Under the pieces are notes generated by a model. It was not told the DNA's origin. It ran no database searches and worked only from the letters and a program-made list of their open reading frames with translations. Positions 1-8,931 of a stretch of 64,000 nt of DNA are shown here, piece after piece. The DNA lies in NCBI GenBank assembly GCA_043797085.1, contig JAZDQA010000012.1, positions 32,001-96,000 on the forward strand. Reading direction: 5' to 3'. Position 1 is the first letter of the stretch. The number at the start of each line of letters is the position of its first letter. The stretch is from Pseudomonadota bacterium (lineage in GTDB: Bacteria > Campylobacterota > Campylobacteria > Campylobacterales > Sulfurimonadaceae). The position numbers were made by a program, and so were the translations under genes.

Positions 1-160
1 TTGCAATGTGTGTCATCAATGCACTATCTTTATCGATACGGATTTCATCAATAATCGTTTTAACGATAGTGGAAACATGTTCCATATCCATCTTTCCACG
101 ATTTAAAAGTTCATCAAAAACCGTTTGAAAATTAGTGTCATTTGTTCGAATATTAACCAT
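1..160 (-). CDS. hisD: Histidinol dehydrogenase, N-terminal part (runs off window start)
   Basis: Manual translation MVNIRTNDTNFQTVFDELLNRGKMDMEHVSTIVKTIIDEIRIDKDSALMTHIA resembles the Campylobacterota HisD N-terminus; AGAGG RBS upstream. Confidence 0.75.
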   Translation of the reverse strand, partial: MVNIRTNDTNFQTVFDELLNRGKMDMEHVSTIVKTIIDEIRIDKDSALMTHIA

Positions 161-173
161 AATCTATCCTCTT

Positions 174-590
174 TTACTTTTTCACTGATAATTTAGCGTG
201 TTCACTGCTGACAATGTCAAGTGCTTTAAGAAAGCTTGTTGCATCAATAGCACCCATCAGCGGCTCAAACATTGGTTCAGCATTTCCTTTGATAAACCAT
301 GTTGCAGGAGTGCCTCCCACATAAAGTTCACGAGGGAATAGAGGATTTTCATCCACATACACAATAGCTGCTACATAATTGGTATTAATTTTTTGAATCA
401 CTTTTGGATCTTTGAGTGTTGTTGATTCCAGCTGAACACAATAACGGCAATTATGATTTGAAATAATAAACATCATTGGTTTATGCAGTGCTTTGGCTTG
501 CTTGAGTGCTGTTGCATAATCTTTTTCCCATTTGATCCCTCCACCAAAAAGCGTAGAAAGTGTTAGAAGAAATATCAATACCGTTTTCAT
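174..590 (-). CDS. Exported thioredoxin-fold protein (SoxW/DsbD-C-like)
   Basis: Signal peptide, CRYC motif, cis-Pro loop GTP. Confidence 0.8.
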   Translation of the reverse strand: MKTVLIFLLTLSTLFGGGIKWEKDYATALKQAKALHKPMMFIISNHNCRYCVQLESTTLKDPKVIQKINTNYVAAIVYVDENPLFPRELYVGGTPATWFIKGNAEPMFEPLMGAIDATSFLKALDIVSSEHAKLSVKK

Positions 591-1099
591 CGTTTTTTAC
601 CTTTTTTTATGATCTCTTTTGCAATCGCATCCACTGTTTTATCACTCACATCAATCACAATATCCGCAACGTTTAAATACTGCGGGAGTCTCTCTTCATA
701 CAATGCACGTGCTTTTTCAATGTCTTTAAATAAAGGGCGTTTTTTAAACTTTTTTGCCGCATCTGGATGAGCCACGATACGCTCGTAAATCGTCTCAAAA
801 GGGGCATTTAATAAAACGATTGTCCCTACTTTTTTTAATGCCGGAACTTTGAAAAAACCGCCACCGGTAGAGATGATCGTCCCCGTCACTTTTTTCTTTA
901 GCCAGCGCGCTATCTTACGCTCCAGGTTACGGAAATATTCTTCGCCATCCGTAGCAAAAATTGTTTTGACGGAGCGATTTTCAATACTCTCAATAATGTC
1001 ATCCGTATCCAGTGCCATCATCGCCGTATGCTTCACCATCGCCCGCGCAATTGATCCCTTGCCAACTCCCATAAATCCGATTAACACAATATTTTTCAT
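587..1099 (-). CDS. aroK: Shikimate kinase
   Basis: NIVLIGFMGVGKGS Walker A, DTD, STGGG, RPL motifs. Confidence 0.95.
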   Translation of the reverse strand: MKNIVLIGFMGVGKGSIARAMVKHTAMMALDTDDIIESIENRSVKTIFATDGEEYFRNLERKIARWLKKKVTGTIISTGGGFFKVPALKKVGTIVLLNAPFETIYERIVAHPDAAKKFKKRPLFKDIEKARALYEERLPQYLNVADIVIDVSDKTVDAIAKEIIKKGKKR

Positions 1100-1158
1100 G
1101 ACATACCAAAAATTTAAATTATAAGGGTGTAATCATATCAAAAATTAACTTAGTGCAT

Positions 1159-2745
1159 TTAGCTTTTAAACTCATTAATGCGTGCTTGCAATGATTGAGC
1201 AACACGCAAAAGCTTTTCAGAATCTCCCTCGATATTTTCAACACTTTTTTGATTGGATTGTGAAACATCATTAATCTGTGATATTTTTTCAATGATCCAT
1301 TCAATATTTTCCACCATTTCTATCGAATCTTTATACGATTTTTTAGCAATTACGACTGAATTTTCCATCTCTTGAGAGGTTGTCGAAATCTTTGCTTCCA
1401 CTTCCAGTGATATTGTTGTCAATCCATTCATATTGGTCGCATTTTCAGCAATCGTATCACTTACATCATTGATGGATTGAACAATCGTCCCAACATTGAC
1501 TTCAATTTCTGTCAGACTTTTTTGCGTTCGCTCAGCAAGTTTGCGCACCTCATCAGCAACTACTGCAAACCCTCGTCCATGCTCACCGGCACGTGCTGCT
1601 TCGATCGCCGCATTCAACGCCAAAAGATTGGTTTGATCAGCTATCTCTTTAATCACACCAAGAACACTTTTAACTTGTTGAGCATCTTGACGCAGACCTA
1701 CCAATCGGGCCGACATATCATTTTCTGTTTCTATGTAGCCTTCTACTTCATTAACAAGACGATCCAATGCATCTTTTGCACTTAAAAGCTCATCATTAGA
1801 ATTAGAAATGTTTCTTTGTGTCTGTTCTGATATTACCATTGCAGCAGAGAGTATCTCTTTGATTGAATGACTTTTTTGGGTTGTTGCTTCAACAATCGAT
1901 CGCTCTTTTTCCACTCCTGATAAAATATTTTGCGTTGCTTGAGTAATCGTCGAAGCAATCATTACATTTTGCTTTCCTAATGACTTTACCTCATTAATGG
2001 TTTCTTGAATCATCTCTACAAAGTTATTAACGGATATTGCAGCTTCGGCAAACTCATCTTTTTTCGTCACTTCGAGTCGTTTGGTTAAATCTTTGTCTCC
2101 GCTGACCAATTCAGCAATACGAGTACGCAAGCCATAAAGCGGGATTATTACTTCTCGACCAAAAAAGAGATTTAATACTAGAACAAAAGCGATGACCCCA
2201 ATCCCTAATGCCATCAACAAAATATTTTGTGTTTTATCAATTGCTTCATCATTTTTTTCTAACGAAATAACCAAGTCCATAACACCAAGAGTATCTCCTG
2301 CTTGAACATTCGTATGACAAGCAAGACATTTATCTTCCGCAATCAGAGGCTGAAGAAGTCGAATAGTGTGCCCTGACTCTTGATTTTCTACAACCTCGGA
2401 CTTTTTAGTTTCGAAGACTTTTTTAATAAGCACATCATCACTTGAAGTTCCATGAGAACCAAATAACTCATTTACGGCCTTAGAGCGTTCAATTTTAATA
2501 TCAGTAATGCCCTCAATCCCCTTAGCCGCTTCAATTGTTTCAGCAACAACTTTCGGATCACCTGCCAACATACTTTGTGTTAATGTTTGAAAAATTGATT
2601 GGCTTAACATACCCAAAGAACGCTTGGCAGTTGCATTGGAAAAATCGTTGAATGTTAGGCTTAAATAGCCATAAATAGCCCCTACTCCCAAAACACTAAA
2701 GACTAATATGGAAAAAATTACTTTTGATTTAACTGTGTTAAGCAT
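1159..2745 (-). CDS. Methyl-accepting chemotaxis protein with a periplasmic c-type heme motif
   Basis: Two TM segments, CLACH in the periplasmic domain, HAMP, signalling motif [35 protein letters not shown]. Confidence 0.92.
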   Translation of the reverse strand: MLNTVKSKVIFSILVFSVLGVGAIYGYLSLTFNDFSNATAKRSLGMLSQSIFQTLTQSMLAGDPKVVAETIEAAKGIEGITDIKIERSKAVNELFGSHGTSSDDVLIKKVFETKKSEVVENQESGHTIRLLQPLIAEDKCLACHTNVQAGDTLGVMDLVISLEKNDEAIDKTQNILLMALGIGVIAFVLVLNLFFGREVIIPLYGLRTRIAELVSGDKDLTKRLEVTKKDEFAEAAISVNNFVEMIQETINEVKSLGKQNVMIASTITQATQNILSGVEKERSIVEATTQKSHSIKEILSAAMVISEQTQRNISNSNDELLSAKDALDRLVNEVEGYIETENDMSARLVGLRQDAQQVKSVLGVIKEIADQTNLLALNAAIEAARAGEHGRGFAVVADEVRKLAERTQKSLTEIEVNVGTIVQSINDVSDTIAENATNMNGLTTISLEVEAKISTTSQEMENSVVIAKKSYKDSIEMVENIEWIIEKISQINDVSQSNQKSVENIEGDSEKLLRVAQSLQARINEFKS

Positions 2746-2791
2746 TCTATATACTCCGATTTTTTGTAGCGTAAAATTTAACTTCTAAATC

Positions 2792-4162
2792 TTATTGTAC
2801 CGTATAATGTTCACCTTCATGCGGATAGCTCACAATTCCTTGCAGTGTTTGTATTTTAATGGGCAGATTCATCGGTCGACGCATCGATACAGGATCAACC
2901 TTGCTGACACTAAAATGCAAATGCGGGGCTGTGGTATACCCTGTATTTCCAGAATACGCAATCAACTGCCCTTTTTTCACTACATCTCCAATTTTAACCG
3001 CTGAGCCTCCTAATTTAAGGTGATAATAATTTCCCAGCGTTCCATCGCTATGCCGAATGTTGACATAGTTCATAAACGTGCGGTACTGCGGTGACGGTCC
3101 TCCAAAATTATTGCTTACATCCACGCCGACAACATCTCCTTCACGCGCTGCATAGATAGGTGTCCCAATAGGAAGAGAAAAATCAATCGCGTAAGCTGAC
3201 AATCCTTTATGCGATAAGCCTCCATTATATCCTTGTGATACCCGCACGTTTGTTCCAGTAGCAAAGGGAAGCCTATAAACATAAGAATCATCATGCTGGG
3301 CAAAAGCCGAACCCTTTACCCAACCGTAGGAAGATTGATAATCTGTTAGTGATGATTTTACAATAGGACTAAGAGTCAAAATCTCTTTTTTAGTGCGCCC
3401 TGGAAGCTCAATGTATAATGGAAGCGAATGATTGGCTTTTAAATTGGTCAGTTTTTCAAAATCCAATGACAGTGTCACCAAATAAGGGTTAAGATTTTCT
3501 GCTTCAAATACCATTTCACCTTTGGCATTGCGCTCGCCTACAACAATAACACTGTTTCTTGAACCTATTTTAGCGGTTCGCTTAATCCCTTTCACTTCTG
3601 AACGCTTTAAAATTCTCAAATGCTCCTCATACGCCTGCTCTTGTTCCATTGAAAACTGTATACTTTTAGCTTCTAAGGCTTGTTCCTTGCACAAAGAATC
3701 CAAATTTTTAATCGAGTGATCAGAAAAGTTTTTTTGATAAAAAGCTATCGCCTCTGAACGGACACGCGGCTGATGCAGAGGTTCCAATTCGATCGATGCC
3801 AAGTGCTCGAATTTTTGTTTATCCTTCGTCTCAATCGAATCCAGTAATGATTTTCGATACAGTTGATAAATAACCTCTTGACGTGATGATAATGAACGTA
3901 GTTGCTGTAGATATGTATTTAATTTACCTTTATCTTTTTTAGAAGGCTCTCGTAATGACTCCCCCAAAAGTAATGTCTCCTGAACATCTTTGCAATAATT
4001 TGCAATAATTTTTGGTTCTTCTGTCTCTAAAAATGCTTCATTTAACTGAATCAATCGACGTGAATCTTTTTCAAGCGGTTGAGCAAGTGCGTAAAATGGC
4101 AGTAAATTTTCTCCGCGGACAAGGATAATGCTGCACAGTAAAAAAATAATAGATTTTAGCAC
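2792..4162 (-). CDS. M23 family metallopeptidase with long N-terminal extension
   Basis: H-x(n)-D (HKGLSAYAID), YYHL, GNTGYTTAPHLH motifs; signal peptide. Confidence 0.88.
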   Translation of the reverse strand: MLKSIIFLLCSIILVRGENLLPFYALAQPLEKDSRRLIQLNEAFLETEEPKIIANYCKDVQETLLLGESLREPSKKDKGKLNTYLQQLRSLSSRQEVIYQLYRKSLLDSIETKDKQKFEHLASIELEPLHQPRVRSEAIAFYQKNFSDHSIKNLDSLCKEQALEAKSIQFSMEQEQAYEEHLRILKRSEVKGIKRTAKIGSRNSVIVVGERNAKGEMVFEAENLNPYLVTLSLDFEKLTNLKANHSLPLYIELPGRTKKEILTLSPIVKSSLTDYQSSYGWVKGSAFAQHDDSYVYRLPFATGTNVRVSQGYNGGLSHKGLSAYAIDFSLPIGTPIYAAREGDVVGVDVSNNFGGPSPQYRTFMNYVNIRHSDGTLGNYYHLKLGGSAVKIGDVVKKGQLIAYSGNTGYTTAPHLHFSVSKVDPVSMRRPMNLPIKIQTLQGIVSYPHEGEHYTVQ

Positions 4163-4245
4163 TCTCCACTAACCCTTTTAACATCATTCTATAAATTCTA
4201 ATCCTCTCATTTTAGCACATCTAAAGAGCATATAGTCGCAAGGTC

Positions 4246-4254
4246 TGCTATAAT
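4246..4254 (+). promoter_or_regulatory. Extended -10 promoter element for fbaA
   Basis: TGCTATAAT about 30 bp upstream of the fbaA start, followed by a GGAG RBS. Confidence 0.65.
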
Positions 4255-4285
4255 AAAGATTATTTTTATTCAGTACGGAGTAATC

Positions 4286-5365
4286 ATGTCCATGCGTATT
4301 TTAGACTCAATCAAACCAGGTGTCGTATTCGGCGAAGATTTATATACTCTTTTTGCCATTGCCAAACAAGAAGGCTTTGCTCTTCCTGCTGTTAATGTTG
4401 TCGGAACCGATTCAATCAACGCGGTTCTTGAAGCTGCCAAAATAGTCAATTCTCCAGTAGTCATTCAGTTTTCCAATGGTGGGGCAAGCTACTATGCAGG
4501 AAAAGGGCTTAGTAACGAAAATGAAAAAGCAGCGATTGTTGGTGCAATCAGTGGCGCATTGCATGTTCATATGATGGCAGAAGCATACGGGATTCCTGTA
4601 GTATTGCATACCGATCATGCTGCTCGTCATCTTCTTCCATGGATTGATGCCTTGTTGGATGCAGGTGAAAAACACTTCGCTCAATATGGCAAACCCCTCT
4701 TTAGCTCTCACATGCTTGATCTCTCGGAAGAGAGTTTGGAAGAAAATGTTGCCACCTGCGTACGCTATATGGAACGAATGGCTAAAATCGGAATGACACT
4801 GGAGATCGAATTGGGCGTTACCGGCGGGGAAGAAGATGGCGTAGACAATAGTAATATCGATAATTCACTTTTGTACACCCAACCTGAAGATGTTGCCTAC
4901 GCCTACGAAAAACTCATGGCGGTCAGTAAAAATTTCACGATTGCGGCATCTTTCGGTAACGTTCACGGCGTCTATAAACCGGGAAATGTCGTCCTCACGC
5001 CAATCATCCTCGATAACTCTCAAAAATACATCCAAGAAAAATTCAATACAGCTCCTAAGCCTGTTAATTTCGTCTTTCACGGCGGGTCAGGCTCAACACT
5101 CGAAGAGATTCGTGAAGCCATTAGCTACGGTGTTATTAAAATGAACATTGATACCGATACCCAATGGGCAACATGGGAAGGGGTCAAAGATTATTATGAG
5201 AAATATAAAGATTATCTCCAAGGACAAATCGGAAATCCTGAAGGGGAAGACAAACCGAATAAAAAGTATTATGACCCTCGTAAATGGTTGCAAGCTGGAC
5301 AAAAAACATTAATAAATCGTGTAAAAGTAGCGTTTAATGACTTAAATGCGATCGATAGAAATTAA
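4286..5365 (+). CDS. fbaA: Fructose-bisphosphate aldolase class II
   Basis: HTDHA, EIELGVTGGEED, GNVHG, FHGGSG, KMNIDTD, YDPRKW motifs. Confidence 0.98.
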   Translation: MSMRILDSIKPGVVFGEDLYTLFAIAKQEGFALPAVNVVGTDSINAVLEAAKIVNSPVVIQFSNGGASYYAGKGLSNENEKAAIVGAISGALHVHMMAEAYGIPVVLHTDHAARHLLPWIDALLDAGEKHFAQYGKPLFSSHMLDLSEESLEENVATCVRYMERMAKIGMTLEIELGVTGGEEDGVDNSNIDNSLLYTQPEDVAYAYEKLMAVSKNFTIAASFGNVHGVYKPGNVVLTPIILDNSQKYIQEKFNTAPKPVNFVFHGGSGSTLEEIREAISYGVIKMNIDTDTQWATWEGVKDYYEKYKDYLQGQIGNPEGEDKPNKKYYDPRKWLQAGQKTLINRVKVAFNDLNAIDRN

Positions 5366-5377
5366 CCTTATTCCCTT

Positions 5378-5452
5378 CTCGTCCTACCCAAGAACCTCTT
5401 TGAGGTCCCGTACTTCACGTGCCCTTTAAGGGGGTAGATACGGGATCCATCT
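5378..5452 (+). repeat. REP-like modular palindromic element, copy A
   Basis: CTCGTCCTACC-CAAGAACCTCTTTGAGGT-CCCGTA..GTGCCCTTTAAGGGGGTAG..TACGGGATCCATC; nested hairpins; similar to the reverse complement of 5994-6057. Confidence 0.7.
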
Positions 5453-5663
5453 TTCTTTCACTCGTATAATTACATCACCATTCAAGAAGACAGTATAATA
5501 AACTGCAAGATATCCTGTCTCATCCAATTCCAAAATATAAAACGTTAAAGTGATGAAAAAAATTCATTACGTATTAAAAATAATTCTATATAAATAGATA
5601 TAGCTGTATGATTTAATCAAACAATATCTTAACAGATGAGGATATTTGTGAAAAGGATATAAA

Positions 5664-5918
5664 ATGACAACAGCATTATCCCGCAGAAGCTTTTTCAAAC
5701 ATATGTTGGCAATCGGTGCAGTCACTTTTTTGACTTCTCCATTACATGCTAAAGTGACTAAAGTGTCCGTAAAATATCAGGAAAAGCCCTCCAACGGCAA
5801 AAAATGCAAAGATTGCCTCCATTTTCTAGCAGCTACAAACGAATGTAAACTGGTAGGAGGAAAAATAAAAGCCGAAGGCTGGTGCAACTTGTACCAAAAA
5901 ACTCCAAAAAAAGCCTAA
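5664..5918 (+). CDS. High-potential iron-sulfur protein (HiPIP, short Iro-like type), Tat-exported
   Basis: Twin-arginine signal SRRSFFK; YQ..C-x2-C-x9-C-x12-C with terminal GWC. Confidence 0.9.
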   Translation: MTTALSRRSFFKHMLAIGAVTFLTSPLHAKVTKVSVKYQEKPSNGKKCKDCLHFLAATNECKLVGGKIKAEGWCNLYQKTPKKA

Positions 5919-5993
5919 TATTAAAAAAATTTACTAAACCGTCCGCCTCTTATAGTTTATTATACTGCCTTCTTAAGAGGAAAAATGAAAAGG

Positions 5994-6057
5994 GATGAAT
6001 TCCGTGTCAGAGCACGGAACCTCTTTGAGGTTCTTGTGCCCTATAGAGTATGACGAG
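5994..6057 (-). repeat. REP-like modular palindromic element, copy B (inverted relative to A)
   Basis: Reverse complement reads CTCGTCATAC-TCTATAGGGCA-CAAGAACCTCAAAGAGGT-TCCGTGCTCTGACACGGAATTCATC. Confidence 0.7.
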
Positions 6058-6084
6058 GATATAACTGTGAATGGAATTGTAATA

Positions 6085-6927
6085 TTATTTAGAATAGGTA
6101 ATTTTTGCTTTTGATTTTAGCGCAGACATCTTTTTATCCATATGAACTTTAAATTTATCCATTTTTAGACGTTGTTCGATAAAGTTTTTAACCTCATCAA
6201 AACTCATCTTTTTTGCTGGCATTTTATCTTCTAGATAGATAACATGGAATCCAAATTGGCTTTGTACCGGATCCGATGAAATTGTTCCTTCTTTCATAGC
6301 GAAGACAGCATCATTAAAAGATGGAACCATCTGACCGCGAGGGAAGTATCCTAAATCTCCCCCTTTAGCTGCACTTGGTCCTGTTGATTTTGATTTTGCC
6401 TGAGCTATAAATTCTGCTTTGAGCTTATCACCGCCAAAACCTCTCATGCTTTTGATCACTGCTTCCGCATCATCAGCAGTTTTAACCAAAATATGACGTG
6501 CGTGTACTTTTTCTTTGTCTACAAACTCATCAACATTGGCATCGTAATAAGCTTTTACCTCTTTGGCATCTACCTTGATAGCATCAAACTGCTGTTGCTC
6601 CCATACTTTTGCTGCAAGCTGCATTTTCATACGCTCTGCAAGCTTTTGGTATTCACTCTTATACTCTTTAGATTCTAAGATTCCTGTTTTTTGGGCATCA
6701 TCAAATACTAATTGCTGAGCAACCATCCCTTCAATGATACGTTGACGAAGTTCATTTTGTTTATCTGCAGGTAGAGAATCGAAACGCCCTTGCGTCCCCT
6801 CCATAAGTACACGATTGACTTCATCCGATGTAATAGCATCACCATTAACCGTCGCTAGAACTGCTGCATTGGCAATTGTTGCACTTAATAAAACCCCTAA
6901 TACCCATACGCCAAACTGTCGTCTCAT
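6085..6927 (-). CDS. Periplasmic parvulin-type peptidyl-prolyl isomerase (PEB4/Cbf2-like)
   Basis: Signal peptide, ARHILV, GGDLGYF, FGFHVI rotamase motifs. Confidence 0.92.
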   Translation of the reverse strand: MRRQFGVWVLGVLLSATIANAAVLATVNGDAITSDEVNRVLMEGTQGRFDSLPADKQNELRQRIIEGMVAQQLVFDDAQKTGILESKEYKSEYQKLAERMKMQLAAKVWEQQQFDAIKVDAKEVKAYYDANVDEFVDKEKVHARHILVKTADDAEAVIKSMRGFGGDKLKAEFIAQAKSKSTGPSAAKGGDLGYFPRGQMVPSFNDAVFAMKEGTISSDPVQSQFGFHVIYLEDKMPAKKMSFDEVKNFIEQRLKMDKFKVHMDKKMSALKSKAKITYSK

Positions 6928-7002
6928 TGTTGTCCTTGTTTAATCTTCGATTGAGCGAATTATAATACAAATAAAAGAATATCGTATACAAATTAATCAA
7001 TG

Positions 7003-8919
7003 TTAAACACTTAATTCTTTTCGACTCTCATAGGCAAGCTCTAAATAGCGATCAATCGTCTGTAATAAAAAGTTTTTATCGATTGGCTTTGCAAGGTGAG
7101 CATCCAAACCTGCACGAATAATACGTTCACGATCTCCAATCAAAGCATGGGCAGTTAGAGCAATTACCGGAGTAAATCCTCGTTTATCACGCTTATCAAT
7201 CTCTTTAATCAGTCTGTTTGCCGTTAATCCATCCATTACAGGCATATCAATGTCCATTAATACCAGATCAAAGGACTCTGCTAGATACGCATCGACTGCT
7301 TTTTGTCCATTATCTACGGCAGTAACCTTAAAATTATGCTGCTGTAAAATTGTTTCCAGTAATTTTAGGTTAATCGGATTATCTTCAGCAACCAAAATTT
7401 TTGCATTTTCTATGGTAGCTTCAGGCTTGCGCTCTGTTGTTTGTGCATAAGGCTCTTCTTGTGAAACTGTTTTTCCTAACATAGAGAATATTTTATGCAA
7501 GGTACTCGGTAAAAGAGGTGTCATAATAATTGATTCAACTGTTTTACGTAGATATACCCCTTTTTCTTTTGATTGCGCATCCAAAACTGCCACTATTTGC
7601 AAATGTGGATACGTTGCTTTGAGAGACTCTGCTTGTGATACGGAAAGATGAGGGACATCAATCAGCAATACATCACAGAAGTTAAGCTCTGGATTCACCA
7701 ATGAGGAAACAGGAATGACTTTCAATTTGAGCAGATCCAGATATTTTTCCAACAAAACACTCTGCGTCGAATGAGGCTCATGGGAATAAAAAGCAATCGT
7801 TTTAGCTTCGATAGTACCCAAATGTGTATAGTCATCAACTTCATGGGAAATACGGAATGAAAAGCGTGATCCTCTCCCCACTTCAGAAGCCAGCATTAAA
7901 TGCGAATCCATCATATCGATGTATTTATGACTCAATGATAGACCTACTCCCATACCGTCTTGTCCATGACGTTGATTCTCCCATGCTGACGAAAAGGGTC
8001 GCAACAAAGTTATCATACGTCCACTTTCAATACCAACACCCGTATCACTGACGGCATATTCCACTTCAACTTTGTTTTGTTCTTGTTTTACGATTAAAAT
8101 TTCAAGCAAAACTTGACCGGATATGGGAGTAAATTTGATAGCATTTTGAACTAAGTTTCGAAGAATGGTCAAAATCTTGTCCTGATCACCCTTGATCTCT
8201 AACGGTAATCTAGGATCAATTAAAACACTCCAGCGTATTTCTTTTGCATCGAGCATCTCCGTAAATTGCATTGAAAAATTTTCATACACCTCAAAAGGTT
8301 TAAATGGGTTCAGGTTCGGCTGGATACCGCCACCTTCAACTTGCATCAACTCCAAAAGATTTTCAATGTTTCGCATCATGGAAGAGGCGCTTTTACCTGC
8401 CATATCGATGTATTCTTGTTGCCACGAACTAAGCGGACTGGAACGTAATAAATCAACAAAACCGATAATAGCATTCATAGGCGTTCGAAACTCGTGTGAT
8501 ATATTGGTTAAAAGTTTCTTTTTAAATCGCTCAAAATAACGCTCTGCGAGCAAAGCCCGCTCCAGTGCTGTAGTATCTCGAAGTACTATGGCTACAACAA
8601 ATTCATCTCCAAGAACAATCACTTCTGTGCGAATCACAACCTCATACGTTTTTGACTTTGTGCTGGCTTTACCGCGATACTCTCCAGAATTGGAAAGGAT
8701 ATAAGATAATTCTACCCCTTGAGGATGCAACCAAAACTTCAAAGGAAGGAGTGAAGCTATCTCATCAATCCCAAAAAAACTGAGTAAAAGTTGGTTGCTA
8801 CCACCAATTTCACCTGTAAGATTAGTATACAAAAAAGGATCACCATGCGTTGATGCACAGGATGTGAGCATGCCTAGTTCGCGAGAAAATGTATGTTCAA
8901 ATAGACTCGTGTAGTTCAT
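7003..8919 (-). CDS. Cytoplasmic hybrid histidine kinase (HisKA-HATPase-pseudoREC-REC)
   Basis: SHEFRTPMN H-box, NAIKFT, DTGVG, C-terminal receiver ILVAEDN..LMDIDMP..AKP. Confidence 0.92.
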   Translation of the reverse strand: MNYTSLFEHTFSRELGMLTSCASTHGDPFLYTNLTGEIGGSNQLLLSFFGIDEIASLLPLKFWLHPQGVELSYILSNSGEYRGKASTKSKTYEVVIRTEVIVLGDEFVVAIVLRDTTALERALLAERYFERFKKKLLTNISHEFRTPMNAIIGFVDLLRSSPLSSWQQEYIDMAGKSASSMMRNIENLLELMQVEGGGIQPNLNPFKPFEVYENFSMQFTEMLDAKEIRWSVLIDPRLPLEIKGDQDKILTILRNLVQNAIKFTPISGQVLLEILIVKQEQNKVEVEYAVSDTGVGIESGRMITLLRPFSSAWENQRHGQDGMGVGLSLSHKYIDMMDSHLMLASEVGRGSRFSFRISHEVDDYTHLGTIEAKTIAFYSHEPHSTQSVLLEKYLDLLKLKVIPVSSLVNPELNFCDVLLIDVPHLSVSQAESLKATYPHLQIVAVLDAQSKEKGVYLRKTVESIIMTPLLPSTLHKIFSMLGKTVSQEEPYAQTTERKPEATIENAKILVAEDNPINLKLLETILQQHNFKVTAVDNGQKAVDAYLAESFDLVLMDIDMPVMDGLTANRLIKEIDKRDKRGFTPVIALTAHALIGDRERIIRAGLDAHLAKPIDKNFLLQTIDRYLELAYESRKELSV

Positions 8920-8931
8920 ATCAAAATAACC

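Noticed and set aside
5609..5621. ATGAT-TTA-ATCAA, FNR-box-like, upstream of the HiPIP gene
   Set aside because: Spacer is 3 rather than 4 bp and the first arm is mismatched, in AT-rich DNA
5378..6057. Possible CRISPR or tRNA reading of the palindromic intergenic sequences
   Set aside because: Only two inverted, non-identical copies, no regular spacers, no cas genes and no cloverleaf
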